The notes beneath the pieces were generated by a model, which was given only the letters and a program-made list of their open reading frames with translations, made no database searches and was not told the DNA's origin. Below are positions 51,281 through 62,789 of a stretch of 64,000 nucleotides of DNA, piece after piece (position 1 is the first letter of the stretch; every line of letters begins with the position of its first letter). The stretch is from the NCBI GenBank assembly GCA_045837725.1, contig JBEWZL010000232.1, forward strand, positions 186,001-250,000. Direction: 5' to 3'. The stretch comes from Vermamoeba vermiformis. Lineage: Eukaryota. Both the position numbers and the translations under genes were made by a program.

Positions 51281-53603
51281 TTAACGGAACCAATCCCAGA
51301 TTGAACCTTTTGTTAACTTTTCTGTCTCTGGAAGAATAGAACTCGCGTGATGCTTCAAAAACTCTTGTTTCAATTCCTCTAATCGGCGCGCTCGTTCTCT
51401 TTCGCGATCGCGTTGCATTGACTCTTCAATTTGTTCCTGTGTGACTGGTCGAGACTTGAGCAGTTGATTGAAGTCTTCTTCCAACGATGAGTCCAAATCA
51501 TCAATGTGCAGAATGTTGTTGTTGTCATTGTCGAGAATGTAATTGTACGTCATCGTCTTCGGGCTCAGTGCAAAGTTTCCGCTGAACCGAGAGGACGCAC
51601 CGCGCGGTGACTCTTTGCGACCGAACATTGGCTCTTGGCTCAATCCTCGGCCCTTTGCGTACTCTTCGAGGTGATTGGTCATGAGCTGCCACGAACCGCA
51701 GCTTGCTTCGTCTGAAAGTCTATTAGTCCCGTGCTACATACGCCATCAGAGAACATTACCATCTTGTACTATGACACGTTCTTCAGAGATATCGTCAAAA
51801 TCATCCGCCAACAGATCTTCGTTCTCGTGCGAGTACGACAAGTTGATGTCGTCAATACTGCGCTGTCGCTTGTGACGTTTGGACTTGATTGTCACACCAT
51901 TCTCTGCAGGTGCAGCGGGCGCACTGTGTTGGCTGTTGAGACGCTTGCGAATGGAATGTACGGAGAAGTCCTGTGTCTTGATGTAGCCGAGGATGAAGAA
52001 GCAGAAGAAAAAGATGTCTTCTTTGCGACTCTGACGGTCCACGAGTTGATGTCTGCACGTATAATGAGTATTGCACGCACTCGTAATATCAATTATCATA
52101 CCTGAACAAGAGCCAGTCATAGCCAATAGTCAAATACAACATCTCTTTTGCAGATAATGATTTGTGGACTTCACCATCAGCCCACAGCGACAGGCGCAGC
52201 AATGAAATGAACATTGGCGTGCGGTCCCAGCCACTGATACAGTGCACTAACAGGCCACCAGAGGCACTGTCGCAAAGAATGTGCAGCATGAACAGGAGAT
52301 AGTTCTTGGTCAATGTCACGAGGTCCCACAGCTTGTAGTTCTCCCAATCAGCCATCACGAGCTTTTCAAAGCGCTCGTCTAGCCGCAGACTCGCTGGATC
52401 ACTGATTTGATGCCAATCAAAGCGCAGTTTCAACGCTGAGGTGTGTTAGTTGAGCAATATGAGAGTTAGATTTAAGTACCTGAGGCAGGGTCTTTGGCAT
52501 TGAAGTCGCGGAAGAATTCTACACCAGGGTACGGAATGGCAGACACCTTAAATGCTTCGTATCGGCCGTGACTGTCGTTCTTCTCCGAGGAACACACCGC
52601 CACGCCGTACTTCTTCTTGGCATTCTCCACCATCAGATCGCAAATGTGACTCACGCACAGTCGTTGCAACAGTTCTACGTCATACGCTCGACACCGACCC
52701 ATGGTCGATTTGTCTTCAAAATCACGTGCTTGCGTGCGCGGAGTTTTGGGAGTGATGTCCGAGACCTCACTGGGCTTGGCGGTGTAAAAGCTGTCCACGA
52801 CTGACACTGATTGGCATTGCGGTCTTTGATGGAGTTGGTCGTTGTTTGCAACATCATTTCGAGCTTCTGCGACAAGGTGGATGAACGACAGATGTTCTTG
52901 CTGCGCACATCAAATCAGCAACTACAATCACGTGCAAGAGTATTAGCGCTACTCACCCATTGAAGAGTATGACTGGCATCGGGAAGCGAGTTCTGACGCG
53001 TGAAAATCGAGCGAGCCAGAACAGTTCTTTGAGCACTGAGGCATCGTTCACACGCGCTGCAAGGGTGTTAGTTAGTGACACTGCAACAACACTCGATGAC
53101 TAGTGCGTACTGATCGCTGACAGTGTGGCGTCAGGTGAAGTGCGATCTCCGGCCAGCACGTAGAGATCGAGCGGATAAGTGCCGCAGAACTCTCCGTTGT
53201 GATTGGTGATTATATCCACGTGATAATCCTTCTTCAACAGCTCGTAACAAGTGCTGTGTATTATTTTGACCTGTACGTGCATGTTAGAATGTAATGATTA
53301 AAATTGACTCGTGCTTCTAGATTGACTTTTCGACAAAGTATCAACAGTCAAACGAGATTAATTAAAATAACGATACTGTAGTCAATATATAGTAACTCTT
53401 GTTATTTAAATAATATGGCAGTTCAAATTATTGCCAACAAGTTTTAAATTTGTAAAAATTAATCTATTTCAAGGTCTTAGACTCACCCGCTCGTCCTCGC
53501 GATTCCATTTGGTGGTAGTAAAGTCCTTATATTTACAGAAGAAATCGAGGAGGCCTTCAATTTTGCTGTCCCAATCAATTGCTTGCTTTTTGTTGATCTC
53601 CAT
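51281..53603 (-). CDS. MTMR14: Myotubularin-related protein 14 (PI3P phosphatase)
   Basis: ARFSRVRTRFP.PV, DLMVENAKKKYG..VCSSEK, PYPGVEFF, catalytic HCISGWDRT, YDWLLF.H. Confidence 0.94.
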
Positions 53604-54068
53604 CTAACTTGCAAGACAACCAACAAGCATTAATAACTAAGCAGGCCAAATATATAATATAAATAACAAATAGATAAGAGTGGATACACAGGAATCACTC
53701 GGCTGCTGTGGTTTGCGGTTGTTCGCTTTGACACAACTATTGCAACAGATCACGCAAAATATCGTCAGCCAATTCACCCATATTTAAATTTCTTGTATCT
53801 AATGTATTGTTAAGTTGGATTATGAGTTCTTTAAAGTGCCTGCGGGTTAGAAGGGTCAGAGGTATAGAGTTGGATTCATTAATGAATCTGCGTGAGTGTA
53901 TTATTTACAATCAATATTTATTGCCAAGAGCGCAATAAATACAACAATAATGTGGCATTGCTGTATTCAATAATTATTGATGATTTGGTGATATTTTCAA
54001 TTATTTTTGATTTTTAAAAATTCTGGATACCGCTTGTTTGTAACTGAATAATATCCAATAATTGTTTC

Positions 54069-54360
54069 TTATTCGCCCTCAATCTTGTTCTTGCCAAGAG
54101 CCAAGCTTGTGATACCCCAAGCCCAGAGCAAAGAGCCAGCAGCAGCGGTGCCCATCAAAGCGTAGTAGACGGTCTTATCGCGTCCAAAGAGCATGTGAAC
54201 AGGTCTCACTGGCGACAAGGGGGTGTGCAAGCTCTAATAGACAAATCTCTGTTAATACGCGACCTCAACTGCACGAGGGATCTAATATCAGAAAATCGCA
54301 TTCACGTACGTTGATGGTCTTTTGTCGCTTGAAGAAGTTTTGAATGCCAGAGTCAGCCAT
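54069..54360 (-). CDS. Cytochrome c oxidase subunit VIIa-like, 2 exons
   Basis: ~71 aa NFFKRQKTIN..PVHMLFGRDKTVYYALMGTAAAGSLLWAWGITSLALGKNK, matching the COX7a pattern (QK..., L.G..D, one TM helix). Missed by the ORF track. Confidence 0.65.
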
Positions 54361-54463
54361 GACTAGTGGTGTATATGATCAGTATTAATAATGATTGTAG
54401 GGCTGGGCTGGACAGAAAAAAAGACAGGGCAAATTTCCTCCCTGTATGTTCAACACGCGCGCA

Positions 54464-57400
54464 ATGGAAGAGCAGAAGAGCGACACTACGAACAGTTCCA
54501 ATAACAATAATAACAATGTGCAGAGTACTGTCGATGAGTTCGTGAAGAAGCAGAATGAGCTGATCGAGCTTGAAAAACAGGAAGAAGTCGAGAAGATCGA
54601 GCGTCTCCTCGACAGCTTGCCTCGCGCAGTACGTAGTAATTCAACGTTAATTATATCCTCAATATTGCGTGCATCATTGTCGCCACTTGAGAGCTAAAGT
54701 AGTTCGACTAGGAGCTGGAAAAGCGCGGCCTGGCCCTGCTAAACCACGAGATTACTGAGACCGCCACTGGTCTGTACGGACGCGTGCTGGTACGTGCATT
54801 GATGCTACTCGACCCTCGTGTACTCACCGCTGTCACGCACCCAGGTGACACTCGAACCTAAAAATAGAGCCGTGCAGCAACAGAGCGATACTAATAAGGC
54901 AACCAAATTCTCCGCGGGAGATATTGTGGGACTGCGCGCGGTGATCACTGACCCCGGCGCTGATGGACTGCCAAATATAGAGCGCGGTGTTGTGTCGCGT
55001 GTTGCTAAAAATAGAATTCAAATCGCACTGAATCAACCGCCCAATGAGACACTCTCCTCCACGTGGGACGTGGTTCAACTGACCAATCAGGTGACGTTCA
55101 AGCGCATGTCACGTGCACTCGACACCCTGGCGCAGTACACAGGCCCCGCACTGGGCACGGTGCAAGTGCTGCTCGGACAACGTGCCCCCGAAGTCAAGTC
55201 CTTGCCCGTGACTGCTGTGCCCGGACTCAATCCGCCGCAGTGCGAGGCCATTGCATTTGCCCTGGGCGAGGGACCGCTGACCCTGATCGAAGGGCCGCCC
55301 GGCACTGGCAAGACCACCACAGTCGCAGCGCTGATTGGTCAGGCCGTGCGTGCAGGACTGCGCGTGCTCGCGACAGCGCCGAGCAATGTGGCCGTCGACA
55401 ACTTGATCGAGAAGTTGGTGGCACTGCCGGGCCCGAAGATCAGCTTGGTGCGACTCGGACACCCTGCGCGACTGTTGGCGAGTGCCGTGGACTACTCACT
55501 CGATGCCGTGTATCAAGCGTCCAATGTGCGCGAGGTGTGCGAGGACGTGCGCCAAGAGATGGAGCAAGTGCGCGAGGAGATCAAGAGCAGTCGCGGCAGT
55601 GCGCGCAAGGGCAAGTGGGAGCAGTGGCGTGGTCTGCAACGCGAGCTGAAGCAGCGTCAAGTGAATGGTCTGACTGCCCTCGTGCACAGCTGTCAAGTCG
55701 TGCTCGCCACGTGCACCGGTGCCGCAGACAAGCTGTTGACACGCGTGCCAGACTTTGACTTGGTGGTGATCGACGAGGCAGGCCAGGCCCTCAAGCCGCT
55801 CAGTCTCATTCCCATGCTGCGCGGCAAGAAGACCGTGCTGGTCGGTGATCACAATCAACTGCCCCCCACCGTGATGAGCAAGCAGGCTGAGAGTCAAGGG
55901 CTGAGCGAGACATTTTTCGCGGAATTGATCAAACGACACGGCGCGCAGATCAGTCGCATGTTGGTGATTCAGTACCGCATGCACGAGAAGATTATGCAGT
56001 GGTCGTCGCGTGAGTTCTATGACCGTCGCCTCGTCGCTGGTAAGATCACGTGATTTGATTCACTGAACGCGCTTTCATGTGCTATTTTTAGATCCCAGTG
56101 TCGCGCAACGAGTCCTCGCAGATCTGCCGCTAGTGACAGCCAATGAGAACACGACAGCACCGCTGCTATTTATAGACACGAACGGCTGTGGATTGTGGGA
56201 ACTTGAAGGTCCGGACGGGGACTCGAAGGCCAATGAAGGCGAGGTGGATGTCGTGCACGAATGGGTGCAAAGACTGATCGCGAGTGGTCTGACTGCCGAT
56301 CAGATCTCTGTCATCAGTCCCTATTTGCATCACGTCAATCTCCTGCGCGGAAAATTAGCCCCGAAATATCCGAGCATGGAGATCAACACCGTGGACAGCT
56401 TTCAAGGCCGCGAGAAAGAGGCTGTCGTGATCAGCATGGTGCGGTGCAATCGCAACAAAGAGGTACGTGCATCTCGGTGCTGTCACGTGATTGGTCAGTG
56501 CTAAATATAGCTGCGGTAGGTCGGATTCTTGAAAGATTATCGTCGCCTCAACGTGGCAGTGACACGTGCGCGCAGACAGTGCACGCTGATCGGTGACAGC
56601 GAGACACTGAACAGCGATGCATTGTTGCAAAGACTGGTCAGTTATTTCAGTGAACAGGGCGAGCATTGGAGTGCGCAGGAATTCTTGCCAGACGTGCGGT
56701 TCTACAGCGCACCACCGCCTAAGAAGAACGCTAATAACAACACCAAGAAGAAGAAAAACAAGAAGAAACCCGCCGCCAAGGCACAGAACGAGAGCAAGCC
56801 GAGTGCTAATAATAGCACAGCCAACAGCACTAACAGCAATGCTAAAAATAGCAACAGTGAAGCAAAGAACACTGCCGTCAGCAACACTAGCAGTGCCAGT
56901 CACGTGCCAGAGCGTACCCAACCTGTCGCGCAAGATGTCAATGTGACACCTGTCACCGCTACGGCAGTCCCCGAAGTGACACCTGTCGCTGAAGAAATGC
57001 CCAGTGACGACGAGACGGAGGCCAGTGCTACCACGAACAGCACGGCAAACACTGCTGCAAAGAAGAAGAAAAAGAAAAAGAAGCCTGCCAACAAACCAGC
57101 GAGCACGAACACTGCCGCGAAGAAAGACAAACTGACCAATGAGAAAGAGTCCTTCGCGAACCTGACGGACGATGAAGTGCTGGAACAGGCACTCAAGTAC
57201 AAGAATGTCTGTCACTACCCGCAGTGCGACAAGAGCGTGGCAATTGTGGGCTCGGTGTGCGACCACTGCCACTTCAAGTACTGCTATGTAAGCACCTGTT
57301 CACCTGTACGCAGCACGCTAATCCCCCGCACAGACGCACTTCCACTACGAGACACACGGCTGTGGCGCGGCAGCACGCGAATCAGCGCGCAAAGAGTGGC

Positions 57401-57579
57401 TGAATCAGCAGAGCAACAAAAGCAAGCCCAAGTCCAAAGAGTGGCAGGCTGATTACGTGCGGAACAAACTGCACAAGAAGGTAAGTCGCTGTTTGACACG
57501 TGTCATGTGCTAATCGATCGCGTGACAGTTGGAAGAACAGAAAGCAGCGCGCACCAAGCAGCCCAAAGCCAAGAAATAA
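54464..57579 (+). CDS. IGHMBP2: IGHMBP2/Hcs1 Upf1-like SF1 helicase with C-terminal AN1 zinc finger
   Basis: GPPGTGKT, APSNVAVDN, IDEAGQ, GDHNQLPP, QYRMH, TVDSFQGREKE, RRLNVAVTRAR; AN1-type finger C..C....C..C...YC..H...HGC. Confidence 0.93.
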
Positions 57580-57678
57580 CACTCGCGCACTGACCTATCC
57601 ACCATTGTACATAGCTGTCCACACTACAGCACTGTAATAAACACGGCTTATTCACAACAGTTTATTAGTATTTACGTC

Positions 57679-60600
57679 TTATTTGCGCTTGGTCATGCGC
57701 TTCGTCTTGGCCTTGGTGAGCGGATCATTCACCCGCGCTGCAGCACGACGCAGCTTGGCAGGGGTCTCGCTGACCACGGCCTCCGCGCCCTCGTCTTTCT
57801 TGCTCGCTTTGCGCTTGGACAACTTTTGAATGTTGTACTGGGGCTTGGGTGTCTGCTGCAGACGACTCGAGCGACGAATTGTTCCGCCCAAGGACTCACG
57901 TGTGCGCGGCTCTTCGTCGCTGTGCTCGTCGTGCGATGCGAGTGACTGATTGACACTTTGATTGACACTGTCACTCTTGTCCTCGCGACTGACCAGCGAC
58001 TGATTGACACTTTGATTGACACTTGTCTCTTCGGCACTCTCGTCGTCTGGTGGCACGCTGGCACTTTGTTCTTCGCGCGAGTGGTGCGGACTGGACCTGT
58101 CTTTGCTGACACGTGACTGACTGGCACTCGGCTCCTCGCCCTGATCGACATTCATGTTCACGTGCTCGTTCTCAGGCACGTGCTCTTCAGTGACAGCAGG
58201 GCCGGTGAATTGTTCCACAAAGTCGAAGGTCGAAGTGACAGGCGGAATATCTTCCATGTCACTGATTGGCACCTCGGAGATGTGTTCCGTGTCAGGGACG
58301 TTATGTGACTCGGTGTCCTGCACCACACTGGTGGCACGTGGCACGTAGTTGTCAATCCACGCTTCATTCTCATCAAAGTGCTGTTCATCGTGATCGATCT
58401 CATCGGCTTCGACCACGTGCTCGGACAGGTCGTGTTTTGACACTTTGCTTGACACGTCCTCGTCACTGGACAGCTCTTCGATTGGCGCGTCATTGATCAC
58501 GTGATCACTCTCTTCGCTCAACACCTCGTCTGACACGTGATCTGACACGTGATCTTCTTGCATGTCCACGTCATTGCTGTCACTCTGCTCACTTGATTCA
58601 CTGAACAGCGATGATTCACTGCTCAGCTTCGCGTTGTTATTTTTAGTTACAGGTGTCACGTGCTCGCTTTCGTCCTCTGAATCGAGATCTACGACCACTG
58701 TTGCAGGTGCTGGTTTGACATCTTCCATGCGACGCAGTGTCTGTTGCAGTGTCGTGCTCGCTTGTTGCAGCGGAGATTGTGGTGGAGATTGCGGACGCAC
58801 TGATTAGGCAATTAGGAGCGGAATAACGGTGGCGGAATATTTACCTTGTTTAAACGGAGTTCTTTGCTTCAATTCGCTGTCACGTGGTGACTCCTCGGCA
58901 TTTTTGATACCATAATTGGAAGTGACAGGTGTCACGGGGGTGTCAGCAGGTGCAGTCAACAGACCAATCAGGGACTGACGACGCGAGGGACCACCGAGTG
59001 ACATGCGCGAGGATTTGACACCTGTCAATGACATGCGCGGACCACCTGTCAATCGCACTGCTGTCGGAGCTAACAGCGCGAGTGACTTGCGCGGTCTGAT
59101 GGGGCTGTTCACTGAACCAGCGGTCACGTGACTGACGTGACTCGGTCGCTTGAAAGTTGAAGGCGAGGCAGTGACGCTGTCGCTCGGCGTGTTGAACAGT
59201 CGCGGCACGTGACGTTTGACAGCTGATTTGGGTGTCTCGGGCAGGGTTGCTGGCACTTTGACAGGTGCCACGGTGACAGCTGTCAATGCGCGTCGTTGAA
59301 CAGCAGGCAATGTGAGGAGATAGTTCTCGACCAGGGCACTCTGATTGGGATCAGTCACGTGCTTCTTCAGCAGCTCGTGGTGGCACTGCACGGCGTCACT
59401 GACACGACCGCGCTGCAAGTAATACACGAGCAAGAACTGCGCATCACGTGGCTGCGGTGATCGTTGCAAGAATTCTACGAGATACTTGTCCTCGAGGGTG
59501 TCAAGTGGCAGTTCGAAGAGCACATCGAGCTTGTTGTGCGCGTGACAGTATTGGTACAGGTGGTACAGCAGTGTCTCCAACAGCACGGGATCGTACGACC
59601 CTTCGCGTGTGGTGCGACTGATGGCACGCTGATGGACCGGTCAGTGCCATTACCATATTAGGACATGAGTACTTACCACGGCATTGAATGCTTGGTGCAG
59701 CAGATTGTTGTAGAGCAGCACGTCAATGTAGGTGATGACGTCATCAGTGCCCGTGATCTGATCACGTGACTGGTGACCAATCAGCAAGTGCGACTGCAAG
59801 TAGTTGTTCGCAGTGATCACGCGCAGTGCCAGTGCGTACTGCTCGTAGTCGTGCAGCGTCTTCACGATCAGGCGCGTCCACTGCTCCAGCTCGATTTTAG
59901 CGCCGTGCCGCGTGCCACCTGTCAGCAGCGCGACTGCTTCAGTGAACTGATGCGTGTCAAGCAGCCACAGCGCGCGAGTGAGCAGTTGATAGTCCTGATC
60001 GATCATGAAGCTCTGCGCGCAGTCCTCGATCAGGGCCGGACTGAGCTGCAAGTCGTGCAGCAAGTAGAGCAGCACACAGCGCTTCTTCACGATCAGATCT
60101 GCGTGCGTGCGTTGAAACACGTCGACCAGGGCTGACAGACTGCTCGGGGGATAGCTGCTCACGTGATCGGACTCCAGCGAGGATGTCGCGGTCATCGACT
60201 CCCACAGCAGATCTATAAATAGCTTCGTGCCATCACCGTGATCGGTCTGTTGTTCCGTTGACAGATTGACACGTGTCATGTTTTTAATTGTCCAAAAATG
60301 GCGATAATGTCGTTGCTGTCTATCTTTGCGGCGCTGTTTGATCTGCCCATCGAGATTGACCAATGAGGTGCGCACTGACGGATCTACCAGGGCATGTGAC
60401 ACGCACCACAGCACAATCTCGAGAGTCTGGCTGGTCGAGAACATGTCACGTGACTTGTCGTTCAGCAGCTCCATGTGTTCGGCACTGATGTCGCGGCGCG
60501 AGGCGAGTGATTGCAAGAGTGCCAGCAGATCTATAATTAGCACAAACCAGCGCGACATGTCTTCGTGCTGTCGCTCGTGTGACTTGTCATCGGTGTGCAG

Positions 60601-62557
60601 CGGTGTCTTGAGTGCAGTGACAGCTGTCAACGTGTCAATCAACGCCACGTGCTCGGTGACAGTACTTACTGGTCTGTTCGATGCGCGCGACTAATTTGGC
60701 ATAAGCACGTGACAGCCAATCAAAGATGATCTTCGTGTTGGTCAGTGTGTACTCGTGATCCATGCTGCGGTGTGTGATGTCTAAATATGGCATGGTCAGT
60801 CACGCATGTACTAATAAGGCAATATCGATCGCCGTACAGTCCGCGAGCACCGCGAGGAGATTGTGTTCGAGCAACATGTCCCAGTAGTTCATCAGCCGCG
60901 TCACTTCGTCCTCACTGCGCGCACACAGGCCCTGGTCGCACGCCCACGTGTAGAATTGACCAAAATTGGTAAGTCCGCCTGCTCCGCGCTGCGCTATTTT
61001 TGTCAACAATTGTTCCGCGTGCGACTGATAGCTCAAAATGGACACCGCGCGTGGAGTGAGCACGTGGAGTGCACAGCTGAGTGCCACACCGTGCGAGTCA
61101 GGCACGTGATCGAGTGTCACGTGACGACGGAATTCACGCACTGTCATTGGATTGACCCAACATGCCTAAATATGGGAATTAGATGACACGTGTCACACCG
61201 CACTCGACTCACCAATCCCGACAGCTGATCACGTGACTGAGGTGCATCTATTTTTAGCGGATAGCTCTTGAACAGTGCGGGCTGTGCGAGGCCAGTGGAC
61301 TGCCAGTCAAACAGCTCCACGTGACGCGTGATCTGCCACTCAAAGTCGCGCAGGGGCAGTGTCTCCCACACGAACATCACTTGGGGCCGATCACTGCCCT
61401 GGTCGAGGGTCTGCATGCCAATCACGTGACTGTACTTGTTGTTGCTGCCCACGAGCACGCGCTGAAATTCACACTCGAGTCTGGTGTCCTGATCACGTGA
61501 CAGGTGATACAGTGCAATGTTGCTGGAGGACTCGTGATGACATGTTGACGTGTGACAGCTGCCACGTGTCACCCAGAGCCACTCTTCCGTGCCAAGGCGT
61601 TGCACAGCGAGTGCGGTGACTGGTGGCTTGGTGTACTGATCGGTGGTGGTCGCGGACTTGATTTGTTCTGTGAACGGCTGGTTAGTGCCACGTGTCACGC
61701 TAGAGTGCTACAAATAGTACCGTGCAGATCCGAGGCGAGTTGACACGTGAACTGCGTGAGGGACCAGAGCTGCACGCAGCCAAAGCTGAAGCCGACGAGC
61801 ACGCCGTGCTGACTCTCTACCAGGGCTGTGACTGACACACTGCTGCGCTTCAACAGCGTCACTTGATCACGTGAGGTCGGGTACTGCACGTGCTCGCCAG
61901 TCACTGCACTTGCATTCACCACCAGCACGGGCAGGGTGTTGGGTGGCACGGTGCCATCGTACTCGACTGCAGTCACGTGATGGACTTGCATGCGCGCGTG
62001 AGGCACGTGTCGGGCGAGATCAGTGAGCAGCACGTGACCGCCCAATGTACCGAGCAGCAGCGGCAGTGTGAAGTGTGGTGGCACTGTGCCACGCAGCACG
62101 AGGAGCGCGGTGATCACGTGATTGAACTGCACCTGCGTCACCACACTGCCCGTGCGCACATCGATCAGGTACAGTGTGCTGTGTGTGTGCGAGTCTGGCA
62201 CGCGCGCACTAACGAGCAAGTATTTGCGGTGCTGGATGTGCACTTCAGCGGTGGTGTTGATCTCCTGTTGTGCGAGGTGAGGACTAGAGCTGTGGGATTT
62301 TTAATAATTACCATTAATTCATCGTCATCATTCTTGAACGATATTAAGTGTGTTCGCTTGAATATAGACAGATTGAAAATTTGTAGATAATTTTTGGAGC
62401 AAATCCAGGCAATGGTGCCGTCCTGCGCGAATGAGCCACGCAATAACTCCTGTCCCCTCTGCTGCTTATTATTGACTACGGAGGCATCGAATCCAATTGC
62501 TGGATAGAGCTCATGGTGCGCTATGCTCGGTGTTGCAAAAGAAGATCCGATCTGCAT
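57679..62557 (-). CDS. AHCTF1: Nucleoporin ELYS/MEL-28 (beta-propeller + helical ELYS domain + disordered basic tail)
   Basis: YPPSSLSAL, VLLYLLHDL, LTRALWLLD, LFELPLDTLEDKYLVEFL, FLLVYYLQRGR; N-terminal propeller (LVGFSFGCVQLW); tail RRSSRL. Confidence 0.85.
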
Positions 62558-62789
62558 TGATTGATAGTGTAATTTAACGCTGCTATCTACAACATGCAGT
62601 TATATAGGTAATATAAATATATACACTAGTGCTCAATCATACAACTGAGCAACACTAAATCAACAACAAAGAAAAAGGCGCGACTTTTTTTCGCGTGTGT
62701 CAGATCTGAGAATCGATCAACCACAGTGACGTCATCGAGTCAATGGGGCTATATACAGTCGCATTTATTCTATGTACATCCGTATCGCA

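Noticed and set aside
33717-57272. Long antisense or alternate-frame ORFs (e.g. 33717-34649, 47989-48756, 56355-57272)
   Set aside because: These are shadows of real genes in GC-richer, stop-poor sequence and carry no recognisable motifs.
57897-62120. CACGTG cluster as a point centromere (CDEI-like) or a CRISPR/tandem array
   Set aside because: The sites are irregularly spaced inside an intact spliced gene, with no AT-rich CDEII, no repeat-spacer structure and no nucleosome-scale period obvious by eye.
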